DNA from: a bacterium
Lineage (GTDB): Bacteria; SAR324; NAC60-12
Reading direction: 5' to 3'
Assembly (NCBI GenBank): GCA_965209155.1
Contig: OZ242383.1
Span: forward strand, 672,001 to 736,000
DNA: 64,000 bases
Made by a program: the position numbers and the translations under genes. A model generated the notes under the pieces. That model was not told where the DNA came from. It saw only the letters and a list, made by a program, of their open reading frames with translations, and ran no database searches. Positions 40,887 to 52,713 of this stretch are shown piece after piece. Position 1 is the first letter of the stretch. Each line of letters opens with the position of its first letter.

Positions 40887-41675
40887 TCATGAAAATATTT
40901 TTGCTTCATTGACAAGAAGATCCAGGACTTGTTGGGTCGTTTCTTCTTCGTTGCCTTCAAACTTTTGCCCGGCTTTCCTTGCTTCCGGTTCCAGAAAACG
41001 GACAATTCGGGTGTGCCTTCCTGCTTTTCCGATTTCATTCGCATCGATTCCAATGGCGGCAAGATCCAGGGTATCCATGGGTTTCTTCTTAGCCTGCATG
41101 ATACCTCTCAAAGAGGCTAAACGAGGTTCGAAGAGACTGTCGTTGACGGTAACGACGGCAGGGAGGGAGAGTTCGATCACTTCGTTGCCATGATCTCCTT
41201 TGCGCTGCAAAAGCAGTTTGTCGGATGCTATTTGCTCGACTTTGACGATATTGCTCACCTGCGGAAGATCAAGAAATTCGGCCAACATCGAAGGGGTCAG
41301 ACCAGCATCGGTATCCTGGGATTGTTTCCCTGCCAGCACGAGGTCGTAACTTCGTCCTGCTAAAATTCCGGCCAATCCCCGGGCATATGCGAAAGAGTCT
41401 GAACCGTCAAACGCCGGGTCCAGCACGTGAATGGCTTTATCCGCGCCCATCGCCAGTCCTTTACGTAAAGCATCGGATGCGCGTTGGGGTCCGATAGTGA
41501 GCAGGGTGACTTCCCCGCTCCCCGCGTTTTCGACCATTTGTAATGCCGCTTCGATCGCCACTTCATCCCAACCGCTGATGACATAGTTGAGACCTTCTTT
41601 AACGAGGGCTTCATTCAAAACGCGTAGATTCAATTCGACGTCTACCACCTGTTTGATCAATACGATTATATTCAA
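40887..41675 (-). CDS. etfB: Electron transfer flavoprotein beta subunit
   Basis: IKQV, ALRKGLAMGAD, GKQSQD, PRLASLRGIMQAKKK. Confidence 0.96.
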   Translation of the reverse strand: MNIIVLIKQVVDVELNLRVLNEALVKEGLNYVISGWDEVAIEAALQMVENAGSGEVTLLTIGPQRASDALRKGLAMGADKAIHVLDPAFDGSDSFAYARGLAGILAGRSYDLVLAGKQSQDTDAGLTPSMLAEFLDLPQVSNIVKVEQIASDKLLLQRKGDHGNEVIELSLPAVVTVNDSLFEPRLASLRGIMQAKKKPMDTLDLAAIGIDANEIGKAGRHTRIVRFLEPEARKAGQKFEGNEEETTQQVLDLLVNEAKIFS

Positions 41676-41791
41676 AATATTCTCCTTCGGCTCAGGGGGA
41701 ATGATGTTACGGCGTGGCTCAAGAAGTCAATCGGCGCGACCTGCTTCCATTCGTGGCAATCTTATGCATTGTAATGGGCTTTAGCAAGATA

Positions 41792-42670
41792 TTAGTAGGA
41801 ATCGTGAAGAGGGGAAAGCGGCATGATTTTGGATATCAATTCTCCCTTGTCGTTTTTTTCCAGAACATGAATGGAAGAAACGTTATACGCTTTCAGAAAT
41901 TGATGAAGTCGATCAAAATTCAGTCCGACTTCTTCAGGATGATGAGAATCGTCTCCCAGGGTGATTTTTCCTCCCATGTTGAGAAGAGTTTGAAGAATTT
42001 TGCCTTGAGGATAGGGGGCGTTTAAATTTTTCTTGAATGCTCGAGCATTGATTTCAAAGAGGGCGTTATAGGAAATTCCATAAGCCAGATTTCTTTTGAT
42101 TTTGTCCCAGATTTTTTCGGAAAGGGGGAAATCGGGTTCATAGAGACGGATAAGGTCAAAGTGACCGATAACCTGGGGCTGGAATTTCCGCATCAATTGC
42201 CATTGAGCGTCATAATAGTCAAGATATACCGCTTCCGTACCCCCTGACATTTGTTTCAACCTTTCATACTGCGGACGGCTGTAATCATAAGGAATTCCGC
42301 GAACGTGATGGACGGAACCCACCAGGTAATCCGGCGAATAGCGTGTACGCAACCGTTCGATTTGAGTGAAGCTGTCCTCCGTCATTTCGGTTTCCATTCC
42401 CACCAGGATCTGCAGCTGTTGCTTATATTTATGTTGTAAATGACGGGCTTCCCGGATATACATGGCAAACTTCCGTTCGAGCTGCTCGGGGGTGCGACGT
42501 CGTTGGAGTTCTTCCGGATAGAGGTCCTCCATCCGGGCTCGTGGCATATGTTCGGAAAGGCCATAGTGCGTGAATCCGCGTGCGATTGCCTGACAGATCA
42601 CATCCTCCAGTTTGCCTCCCGCATGATCACAATAGTCTCCGCTATGTCCACCATGAAACGAAACGGTCAT
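41792..42670 (-). CDS. Histidinol-phosphatase, PHP (HisJ/HisK) family
   Basis: SFHGGHSGDYCDHA, SEHMPR, VGSVHH, GHFDL, GDDSH; ATG at 42670 preferred. Confidence 0.88.
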   Translation of the reverse strand: MTVSFHGGHSGDYCDHAGGKLEDVICQAIARGFTHYGLSEHMPRARMEDLYPEELQRRRTPEQLERKFAMYIREARHLQHKYKQQLQILVGMETEMTEDSFTQIERLRTRYSPDYLVGSVHHVRGIPYDYSRPQYERLKQMSGGTEAVYLDYYDAQWQLMRKFQPQVIGHFDLIRLYEPDFPLSEKIWDKIKRNLAYGISYNALFEINARAFKKNLNAPYPQGKILQTLLNMGGKITLGDDSHHPEEVGLNFDRLHQFLKAYNVSSIHVLEKNDKGELISKIMPLSPLHDSY

Positions 42671-44338
42671 TGGTTTCCTCGCGTGAAAGGCGTGAATTTT
42701 TTTTTCACTGTCGGCATGATGGGGTATTTGTGCCTGACAGGGATTGACTCGGCAAAGGCCCGGGAATTGGTCATTCGACAAGGGTCTGCCACGGTGCCTG
42801 TTTTGAATGAGAATGTGGTGCGGGCCGAAAAGGAAGCGACTTTGTTGGCAAAACAAACGATTGTGAAAGAATTGCTTCCTCAATTTATTGCACCTCGACT
42901 GCTCATACAAGTCCAAAAATTGATCGAGGAAAAGATCTTGAATCAACCCGACCGGTTCATTGAATCGGTTCGTATGATTTCTTCACAAGAAACAGAAGCA
43001 CTCACCGAATTTACTGTATTGCTGGAAGCGCGAATGTTCCAGAGCAGACTGATTTCTGAAATCAAAAGATTGAATATAGCGCTAATCAATGATCCGGTTC
43101 GTCATACGATTTTAATATACGATCTGCAAACGCCACCCTGGGAAGAAGCGCAAAAAGAAGATTTTTTGCTGGCATTGAATCGTTTGCTGGACCCTCATAA
43201 AATACGTATCCGGCAAACCATTCCTTTACCAGGAGATTGGTTGTTGCTTGCGGCGACAAATCCAAAACAATCCCTTCCAAAGGAACTTCTTGAAGAATCA
43301 GGGGTCTCCACATTCCTCAGAACAGACTTCAGTCGAAGACATTTCAGGCACAACGAAGAACAGGAAATCATATCCGCAACGCTCGAGATCGTTCTTTACG
43401 AAGCAATGCAAGGCGAGGTTTTGGGGACCCTGGTAGTATCCGAGGAATTCGAAGAGTGGCATCCCGCGCAGGCAATTGAGGCGCTCCTCGAAAAAGCGGC
43501 GCTGCAATGGTTTCCTTTGATCACGGACTTGTTTGCCGCAGATCAAAAAAAAGGAACCCTTTTGCGAGTGAGGATGGCAGGCTTGCCGGGTCCTCGAGAA
43601 GAGGAATTTTTCGTGCAAAACGTCTTCCATTCTCGAAACTTGTGGAATCAATTCCAACTACGCGCTTTGTCAAAAAATGATGTGGTTTATCAAGGCTATT
43701 ACCTGGGCGAACCGGAAACTCTGGTTCCCTGGTTCACGGCGCTGCAACATCCTTCGTACGGAGTGAAGGCCGCAACCTGGCAGGAGAACGAATTGAAAAT
43801 CGAAGTGCGGTGGAATGAAGAAATTGCCACTCTCAATAAATACGAACCCATTGAGATTGTTGAAGAATGGAGTAAAATTAACGATGTCGTCGTCACGCAA
43901 CGAACGCTTCCGGTGGAAGGTGATAAAACTACATTCGCACTTCCTCTGAACAGCACGGTCTATGACTATCTCCGCAGCCGGGGGGAGAGCACTTTTTTTA
44001 GAGTGCAATGGTCGCAATCCGGTGGAGTTGGAACCGAGATGTGGTATGAGTTGAGTCGGCCCCGGAAAAAGAAAGTGGTCAAAGGGGTTTGGTACCAGGT
44101 AGGTCATACCAACCTCGCTCCGCTAGTCTCGATCTATGATGGGCAATGGAACCTGATAGATCAGCATATTCCTTCCGAAAATGGAAGGATTGATTTTCAA
44201 TATCGTTTATCTTCCCTGCAAAACCATTTTTATTTACGAGTCAGTGACCTGGTCGGCTATATTGAAGGGGAAGCCGGCAGTTATCTTTCCCTCCATTACA
44301 TATTGAACGTGTCTCCCCTGTACCCTGATGATATTTGA
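42653..44338 (+). CDS. Exported hypothetical protein (signal-peptide-like N-terminus)
   Basis: Long ORF with a hydrophobic stretch and AKA cleavage-like site; start uncertain (42653-42720). Confidence 0.7.
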   Translation: MKRNGHWFPRVKGVNFFFTVGMMGYLCLTGIDSAKARELVIRQGSATVPVLNENVVRAEKEATLLAKQTIVKELLPQFIAPRLLIQVQKLIEEKILNQPDRFIESVRMISSQETEALTEFTVLLEARMFQSRLISEIKRLNIALINDPVRHTILIYDLQTPPWEEAQKEDFLLALNRLLDPHKIRIRQTIPLPGDWLLLAATNPKQSLPKELLEESGVSTFLRTDFSRRHFRHNEEQEIISATLEIVLYEAMQGEVLGTLVVSEEFEEWHPAQAIEALLEKAALQWFPLITDLFAADQKKGTLLRVRMAGLPGPREEEFFVQNVFHSRNLWNQFQLRALSKNDVVYQGYYLGEPETLVPWFTALQHPSYGVKAATWQENELKIEVRWNEEIATLNKYEPIEIVEEWSKINDVVVTQRTLPVEGDKTTFALPLNSTVYDYLRSRGESTFFRVQWSQSGGVGTEMWYELSRPRKKKVVKGVWYQVGHTNLAPLVSIYDGQWNLIDQHIPSENGRIDFQYRLSSLQNHFYLRVSDLVGYIEGEAGSYLSLHYILNVSPLYPDDI

Positions 44339-44339
44339 T

Positions 44340-45688
<1,349 letters not shown>

Positions 45689-45757
45689 AAACCGACCAGC
45701 ATCTTCTCGATCTTTCGCAATGATACTTCTTTAATACGAAAACTTTTCAGGTTCGAT

Positions 45758-46831
45758 TTATCCCGGGAAGTTTTCCAGAACCCGATCTCCCATTTCCCGG
45801 CAGCCTACCTGAATTTTGCCGGCAGTCATGATATCGCCGGTGCGGTAGCGATCGAGGGTGGAAATAACGGCTTTTTGAATCACCAGGTCCGCTTCCGTGA
45901 GGTCAAAAGAATATCGAAACATCATACCAACGGATAGAATCGTAGCCAGGGGATTGGCCAGGTCTTTGCCCTGGATGTCGGGAGCCGTTCCGTGAACGGG
46001 TTCGTACAATCCGATTCGACCACCGATGCTGGCAGAAGGGAGCATTCCGATGGAACCCGTCAACATGGCGGCACCGTCACTGAGGATATCCCCGAACAGG
46101 TTGGTGGTAACAATCGTGTCGAACTGTTTAGGATCCCGGATCAACTGCATGGTCGCGTTGTCGACATACATGTGGTTGAGGTCGATTTGCGGATAGTCCC
46201 TGGAAACTTCCGTGACCACTTCGCGCCAGAGCTCCGTGGATTCCAGCACGTTGTGTTTGTCCACGGAGGTCAATTTTTTGGAACGTTTGCGGGCCGTTTC
46301 AAATCCGACCCTGGCAATTCGTTCAATTTCAGATTCGGAATAAACCAGCGTGTTGAAACCGACCCGTTCATTGTTGCGCACTTCCACCCCACGGGGTTCT
46401 CCGAAATAAATCCCTCCCGTCAACTCGCGGATCACCATGATGTCGGTACCTTCCACGACCTCTTTTTTCAAGGTGGACGCCTCGACCAGGTCTCCATAAA
46501 TTTGAGCGGGTCTCAAGTTCGCATACAATCCCAATTCGGAACGCAAGCCGAGTAGCGCCCGCTCAGGCCGTACGGAAAAGTGCAGAGATTCCCATTTCGG
46601 ACCGCCCACGGCGCCCAGTAAAACAGCATCCGCGTTTTGACAAACCTCCAGGGTCCTCTCAGGCAATGGGGTCCCGGTCAGGTCGTAGGCAGTTCCACCA
46701 ACCGGCTCTTCTTGCAATTCCAGTTGCAGGTCGAAGCGCTTTGCCGCGTACCTTAAAATTTTCACCGCCTGCTCCACGACTTCCTGACCAATGCCGTCTC
46801 CAGGCAGCACCGCAATTTTTTTGATTTTCAT
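45758..46831 (-). CDS. leuB: 3-isopropylmalate dehydrogenase
   Basis: [31 protein letters not shown] at 46831. Confidence 0.97.
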   Translation of the reverse strand: MKIKKIAVLPGDGIGQEVVEQAVKILRYAAKRFDLQLELQEEPVGGTAYDLTGTPLPERTLEVCQNADAVLLGAVGGPKWESLHFSVRPERALLGLRSELGLYANLRPAQIYGDLVEASTLKKEVVEGTDIMVIRELTGGIYFGEPRGVEVRNNERVGFNTLVYSESEIERIARVGFETARKRSKKLTSVDKHNVLESTELWREVVTEVSRDYPQIDLNHMYVDNATMQLIRDPKQFDTIVTTNLFGDILSDGAAMLTGSIGMLPSASIGGRIGLYEPVHGTAPDIQGKDLANPLATILSVGMMFRYSFDLTEADLVIQKAVISTLDRYRTGDIMTAGKIQVGCREMGDRVLENFPG

Positions 46832-47055
46832 GGTTTGCTCCGTAGGGGTTTGGCGAACGATCGACAAACCGGGTTGAAATAGGGACAACAAGTATCCTTT
46901 TTTGTAACGAAAGCTGGCCAAACAGTCCATGCATAATTGAGAGGTGATCGAAGGTTTCCTCTTGAATGTGTAGGCGTTGCAGGCTACTTTTTCATAAAGG
47001 TTTCCTCATTGTCAGGGGAAAAAAGAGTTTGATTTCAATATTCCGGGAGATAAAT

Positions 47056-47490
47056 ATGGCTCAGCAAACCAGGTTGTCCACTCGCAAGCAATGGAAGGCT
47101 TTGCAGTGGAAAATAATGCTCATTGTCGGAATCCTTGTTGCAGCAACAGCCGCTTTCATCCTATTCGCGAATCCTGGCAAGGAGGAGTTGGATTTGTCCA
47201 TCATTGACCAGGGAGTCAATGTGGTAGTGCAAATACACGACCCGAATTGACCACGCTGTCGAACCTTGAAAGGAGTGGTCGACTCCCTGAAATCCGAATA
47301 TGAAGGAAGGATACATTTTCGAATGGTGGATTTGACGAGCAAGGAGGGAAGAGCATTCGCCCAGTTTCACCAGGTGGGCAGCGTGACGTTGATGTTTTTC
47401 GCTGATGGAAAAAAGCTGACGACCTTGTCCGGAGAACATTCAGCCAGTTTTTTAAGAAGAGCATTCGATCGCGCGTTTCAATTGAACTGA
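47056..47490 (+). CDS. Membrane-anchored thioredoxin-fold protein with in-frame TGA (47248..47250) in a UxxC motif: predicted selenoprotein, 144 aa
   Basis: ORFs 46966..47250 and 47266..47490 share a frame; join reads HDPN-U-PRC; GGAGA RBS; GGAGT-GGTCG-ACTCC hairpin downstream of the TGA. Confidence 0.8.
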
Positions 47491-47673
47491 GTGCTTTATG
47501 TTGAGGGGTGTCGTTTCTCCGAGAGTATTGATCCGCATTGCCATCGCATCCTTTATAAAAGGGAATCCATAGTGCCAATTGGAGAGCATTCCCGCCTGCT
47601 TTTAAACGTTTGGCTTGAATCCTGCTAAATCTTTTCTGAAGCCATTTTTTAAAATTTTTCAGAAGAGGCAAAC

Positions 47674-48312
47674 ATGAGATTACAATTGGATTCTCCTGCA
47701 ACCATTTCCTTCTCCTTATTGTTGTTGATCATTTATTTGATCACGCACCAGAAATTGCCGCCCGAAGTCGTTGCCGTCATACCTGCGCAAATATTACCCT
47801 ACATGAATGAAAGTTTATTCACGGTCAAACCGGGGCTCGATTTCCAAAATCCTTTGGAATACATAACGGTTTTCTCGCACGTTCTGGGTCATGCCGACTG
47901 GTTTCATTTGTTTGGAAATCTTTCCATTATTCTCTTGCTTGGAGGGAAAGTGGAACAGAACTACGGTGGTTTGAATGTGATCAAATGGATCTTTATCACG
48001 GCTTGCGTGACCGGGATATTGAATATGTTGTTGATGCCCACTACGTTAAAAGGCGCAAGTGGTATCGTCTTCATGTTGATCATTTTGTTTTCGATGACGG
48101 AAATGAAAAATGGCAATCTCCCCCTGACCGCATTACTGATCTTTTTATTATACTTGGGACAGGAAATGTACATGGGACTGTATGTGGCAGATAATATTTC
48201 CAGGTTTTGCCACATCACCGGTGGCGTGATGGGAGCGATTTTAGGATACCGTTTCTATACTCGTCAAAAGAGCTACAAACGGTCCCTCGTCAATCGTCTC
48301 GGACAGGCTTGA
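47674..48312 (+). CDS. Rhomboid-family intramembrane serine protease
   Basis: HADWFHLFGN, GASG, HITGG motifs. Confidence 0.9.
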   Translation: MRLQLDSPATISFSLLLLIIYLITHQKLPPEVVAVIPAQILPYMNESLFTVKPGLDFQNPLEYITVFSHVLGHADWFHLFGNLSIILLLGGKVEQNYGGLNVIKWIFITACVTGILNMLLMPTTLKGASGIVFMLIILFSMTEMKNGNLPLTALLIFLLYLGQEMYMGLYVADNISRFCHITGGVMGAILGYRFYTRQKSYKRSLVNRLGQA

Positions 48313-48649
48313 TCCCGGGGCAATCCTTTCACCCCACGGTATGGTTGACCCAATCGGCCTCGCGTTTCGACAGGCATTTGAGCAAAAATCTGCCGTCCTC
48401 CCGATAACATGCGCTCAGGCCGTATCCCGGCAATCGATCCCGTCCACGAAAGATTCGTAAAAATCGAATTCCCACGTCCGTCGTGGTGGTCGTAACGGTG
48501 CTTTGAAATAATTCTTCTATTGTCTTTCAGATTCGCATTTTCCGCAGATTTGTCTTCTGAAGCATTTTGCGACTCGACTAATCGAGTGGATATTGTTAGA
48601 AAGTTTCTTTGAAAATCGGATATCGGCTCTTCACCCGAATATTATGTAA

Positions 48650-49170
48650 ACCGAATTCGAGATAAGTATTTAATCAATTCAATATGTTATGGAATCTTCC
48701 TATCTTAACCCGAGTTCGAGATAAGCATTTAAAATGAGCAGTAACGGAGTTTTTATTCATATAATACCTGAGAGTTAATCTCTAAGGATGTGTCATTCCT
48801 GGCTTGACCAGGAATCCAGTGGTATGCAACCAGACAGAAACCTGGATCCCTTCCGTTCTTGATCCGGGTTTGAGTGAAGATGAAAAAGACACCAGGTTAC
48901 TCCATCAATTGAAGATTTATGTCGAACTCGGGTTATCTTAGCGAACCTTGTTTCCTGCGAAACTGCTCCCCGCTAAACTTGTCCTCGCGAAAGCGGGGAG
49001 CAGGAATCCAGGAGTGTGTCATTCCTGGCTTGACCAGGAATCCAGAGGAATGCGGAATCAGGAATCCAGCACGAACCCTGGATAACGGATCATCCCGGAC
49101 TTGATCCGGGACCGGTATGACACATACACCAGGAGACTCCAATTATTGAAGATTTATCTCGAACTCAGGT
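48650..49170. mobile_element. Outer MITE (same family as 10071..10310) with TATGTAA target duplication
   Basis: TATGTAA at 48643..48649 and 49171..49177; ends ACCGAATTCGAGATAA / TTATCTCGAACTCAGGT. Confidence 0.85.
48708..48933. mobile_element. Inner MITE nested in the outer MITE, TATCTTA target duplication
   Basis: TATCTTA at 48701..48707 and 48934..48940; perfect 12-bp TIR ACCCGAGTTCGA / TCGAACTCGGGT. Confidence 0.88.
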
Positions 49171-49209
49171 TATGTAATGTCGTAAAGACACGTGAGAAAG
49201 GACCCGGAC

Positions 49210-50448
49210 ATGTTGAATGAATTGTTCAATGCGGAGATACCTGGATTTTATGGCCCTTACGGAGGCGCATACGTTCCGGAAATTTTGAAGACGACCATTG
49301 ATGAATTGAGTATTGCTTTTCAGGAAGCGCAGGCGGATCCTGCATTCTGGCAAAATTACCTGAACGTCATGCGCAGCTATTCCTGCCGGCCCACCCCTAT
49401 CACGCCATTGGAAAATCTTTCAAAAAAACTCGGTGGCGCTCGAATTTACTGTAAACGGGAGGACCTGAATCACACGGGTGCCCACAAAGTAAACAACGTG
49501 ATGGGTCAGGGTCTGCTCGTAAAACGGATGGGGAAACCCCGGGTGATCGCGGAAACCGGAGCAGGACAGCACGGCGTAGCCACAGCAACCATGGCTGCCC
49601 GATTTGGTTTGCAATGCACGATCTATATGGGAGTGGTGGACGTGGAACGGCAACGGCCCAACGTATTCTGGATGGAACAACTCGGTGCGGAAGTCGTTTC
49701 AGTGACCGATGGAACTGCCACCTTGAAAGACGCGATCAATGAAAGCATGCGGGATTGGGCAGCTTCCATGGCAACCACTCACTACGTGATGGGAACCGTT
49801 TGTGGCCCTCATCCCTTTCCCGAGATGGTATCCTATTTTCAATCGATCATCGGCCAGGAAAGCTATGAGCAAATGCAGAAATTGACGGGAAGATTGCCCG
49901 ATTGTATTTATGCCTGCGTGGGAGGTGGATCGAATGCGAGTGGCATGTTTCTACCATTTATCGACGAACACCGGGTAGAACTGGTGGGAGTGGAAGCCGG
50001 GGGGAAAGGTATTGCCTCGGGATTGCACGCCTCCCGGTTGCAGGACGGACAAGTGGGAGTGGCTCAAGGGTACAAGACTTATTTTTTACAGGATGAAGAG
50101 GGGCAAATGAAAGAAACGCATTCGGTTGCCGCAGGGCTGGACTATATAGGCGTGGGACCGGTTCTCAGTTACTTGCGCGATCAAGGACGGATCCGCTTCG
50201 AAAGCGCACAGGATGACGAAACGATTGAAGCAGCCAAGCTGCTCATCCGCCAGGAGGGCATTATTCCAGCCCTTGAGAGCAGCCATGCCCTGGCGGGGGT
50301 GATCCGGGAAGCCCCCCGGATGAGAAAAGATCAAATTGTTTTGCTCAATCTCTCGGGCCGGGGTGATAAAGACATTTTCAACATTGCCGATGCCATTGGT
50401 GATGAAAAATGGAACCAGTTCATAAAAAAGAAAGCTCAGCGTCTATGA
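49210..50448 (+). CDS. trpB: Tryptophan synthase beta chain
   Basis: KREDLNHTGAHK, AETGAGQHG, CVGGGSNA, LSGRGDKD. Confidence 0.97.
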   Translation: MLNELFNAEIPGFYGPYGGAYVPEILKTTIDELSIAFQEAQADPAFWQNYLNVMRSYSCRPTPITPLENLSKKLGGARIYCKREDLNHTGAHKVNNVMGQGLLVKRMGKPRVIAETGAGQHGVATATMAARFGLQCTIYMGVVDVERQRPNVFWMEQLGAEVVSVTDGTATLKDAINESMRDWAASMATTHYVMGTVCGPHPFPEMVSYFQSIIGQESYEQMQKLTGRLPDCIYACVGGGSNASGMFLPFIDEHRVELVGVEAGGKGIASGLHASRLQDGQVGVAQGYKTYFLQDEEGQMKETHSVAAGLDYIGVGPVLSYLRDQGRIRFESAQDDETIEAAKLLIRQEGIIPALESSHALAGVIREAPRMRKDQIVLLNLSGRGDKDIFNIADAIGDEKWNQFIKKKAQRL

Positions 50449-51227
50449 ACCTCAGTCATTATATTCGGGAACGATTGCAACGGAAAAGCATCTTGCTGAT
50501 GACTCATGCGATTGCAGGATATCCTTCCTTGAAAGACAACTGGACCATGCTGGAGATGATGCAACAAGCCGGAGTGGACCTGGTTGAACTGCAATTGCCA
50601 TTCACGGAACCCACTGCCGATGGTCCGGTATTCGTCAAAGCCAACCAGGAGGCCCTGAAAAACGGAGTGCGCCGTAATGATTATTTTGAATTCATGAAAA
50701 AAGCCGCCAAGGCTTTCGATTTTCCAATTTTGATGATGAGCTATTACAACCCCGTTTTCGTGATGGGGCATCTTCCCTTCTGCCGGGAATTACGACGATG
50801 CAATGGAGAGGGTTTTATTTTACCGGACCTGCCTGTCCAGGAGTTTGGAGATTTGTTTCAACACAGTAAGGATTACGATCTTTCCCCCATCCTGTTGTGT
50901 ACTCCCACCAATACGCCGGAACGTCTCGAGGAAATTGCCACTCATGGTTCCGGTTTTTTATATTGCGTGGCCCGCAAAGGGGTCACGGGCGCTTTGACCC
51001 GGCTGGACCAGTCCCTCGAATCGTTTATTGAACGTTGCCGGGGCGTTTCGTCACTGCCACTGGCCTTGGGATTCGGACTCTCGAGTAATGAGGATCTCCG
51101 GCAACTTCACGGCAAAGTGGAAATTGCCATCGTGGGATCGGCATTGCTGCGAAACTGGCAGGAAAAAGGACCTCGAGGGTATCAGTCTTATTTGACGGGA
51201 TTGGTGGAAAGCAGCTTGGGTCGTTGA
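50445..51227 (+). CDS. trpA: Tryptophan synthase alpha chain
   Basis: ELQLPFTEPTADGP, YYNP, KGVTG, GFG; ATGA overlap with the trpB stop. Confidence 0.95.
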   Translation: MNLSHYIRERLQRKSILLMTHAIAGYPSLKDNWTMLEMMQQAGVDLVELQLPFTEPTADGPVFVKANQEALKNGVRRNDYFEFMKKAAKAFDFPILMMSYYNPVFVMGHLPFCRELRRCNGEGFILPDLPVQEFGDLFQHSKDYDLSPILLCTPTNTPERLEEIATHGSGFLYCVARKGVTGALTRLDQSLESFIERCRGVSSLPLALGFGLSSNEDLRQLHGKVEIAIVGSALLRNWQEKGPRGYQSYLTGLVESSLGR

Positions 51228-51275
51228 GTGGCGTCCTGCGGGGAGTCACTCGACTGGTATAAAAACGAGCACGCC

Positions 51276-52673
51276 ATGCAATTTGTTATAGGAAGCGAAC
51301 AACGACCACTGCGCGTCGCCATCATCGGATCGGGACCTGCCGCATTTTATGCCGCTGCTGATTTAATGAAACAAGAAGCGCACGTCGTCGTGGATATGTT
51401 TGAACGACTGCCCACTCCTTATGGTCTGGTCCGGGGAGGCGTGGCGCCGGATCACCAGAAAATCAAAAACGTGGCTAAAATTTATGAGAGAACCGCCCTG
51501 CGACCCCCATTTCGATTTTGGGGCAACGTGACCTTTGGAGAAGACATCAGCCGGGACGAGTTGCTGCATTATTTCGACTGTCTGATCTATGCCGTGGGAT
51601 CGCAATCGGACCGACAGATGGGCATTGCGGGAGAGGATTTGACCGGTAGTTATTCAGCAACGGAATTCGTGGGTTGGTACAATGGCCATCCTGATTACCA
51701 GGACAGGACATTCGACTTGTCCGTGGACAGCGTGGCCGTGATCGGCATGGGAAACGTGGCTGTCGACGTGGCGCGTATCCTGGCAAAAACGCCAGGGGAA
51801 TTGGCCCAAACGGATATGGCGGAACATGCGCTGGAGGCCCTGAGGGAAAGCCGGGTGAAGCAAATATACATGATCGCCCGCCGTGGTCCGGTACAGGCCG
51901 CTTTCACGCCACCCGAAGCGCGGGAATTGATGGAACTGGAGCAAACCGTGACCCTGGTCGACCCCGACGTTCTGAAGCTGGACCCGGCGAGTGAATGCGA
52001 ATTGGAAATCGCAAAAAACAAGGAAACCTTGCGTAATATGGAAATCATACGAAAGATGGCCCGTTACAGTGGTGAGGAAAAACCCCGTCAACTGCACTTG
52101 ATGTTCCAATATTCACCCGTGGAACTTTTTGAAAATGAAGGGCGGGTTTGTGGTATCAAATTGGTGAAAAACGAATTGATCCAAGAGGATGGGGGCCGCA
52201 TCCGAGCCAGACCATTGGATGAATACGCAGAATTGCCGGTCGGTCTGGTTTTTCGTTCCATCGGATACAAAGGGGTGGCCCTCCCGGGAGTGCTTTTTGA
52301 TGAAAGAAACGGCGTCATTCCCAACCAGGGGGGGCGCGTGATGGATCCGCAAACCCAATCCGAGCGGCCTCGTGAGTACGTCGTCGGGTGGGCGAAGCGT
52401 GGTCCCACGGGGGTGATCGGCACCAACAAGCCGGATGCCGGTGAGACGGTTCGCGCGTTGTTAATGGATTACGTGAATCGCAAAGCGGAAGCGGACGAGA
52501 CGGGCAAACCCGAAGCCGTCGAAAACTGGCTGAAGTCAAAAAATATCCGCTGGGTTTCCTTCACGGATTGGAAAAAAATAGACGAAACCGAAATCGAAGC
52601 AGGAAAGCCGAAAGGGAAGCCTCGTGAAAAATTCACCACGATCGAGGCGATGTTGCACGCAATAAAGGACTGA
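51276..52673 (+). CDS. Ferredoxin-NADP(+) reductase, adrenodoxin-reductase/FprA type
   Basis: GSGPAAFY, PYGLVRGGVAPDH, GMGNVAVDVAR, GWAKRGPTGVIGTN. Confidence 0.92.
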   Translation: MQFVIGSEQRPLRVAIIGSGPAAFYAAADLMKQEAHVVVDMFERLPTPYGLVRGGVAPDHQKIKNVAKIYERTALRPPFRFWGNVTFGEDISRDELLHYFDCLIYAVGSQSDRQMGIAGEDLTGSYSATEFVGWYNGHPDYQDRTFDLSVDSVAVIGMGNVAVDVARILAKTPGELAQTDMAEHALEALRESRVKQIYMIARRGPVQAAFTPPEARELMELEQTVTLVDPDVLKLDPASECELEIAKNKETLRNMEIIRKMARYSGEEKPRQLHLMFQYSPVELFENEGRVCGIKLVKNELIQEDGGRIRARPLDEYAELPVGLVFRSIGYKGVALPGVLFDERNGVIPNQGGRVMDPQTQSERPREYVVGWAKRGPTGVIGTNKPDAGETVRALLMDYVNRKAEADETGKPEAVENWLKSKNIRWVSFTDWKKIDETEIEAGKPKGKPREKFTTIEAMLHAIKD

Positions 52674-52713
52674 ACCGTCCTGAAACTGATACTTCTTATC
52701 TATAAACCCTTTT

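Noticed and set aside
37766..41675. etfB-etfA-membrane Fe-S oxidoreductase operon as a novel system
   Set aside because: This is a well-known ETF:quinone oxidoreductase-type arrangement in fatty-acid-oxidising bacteria.
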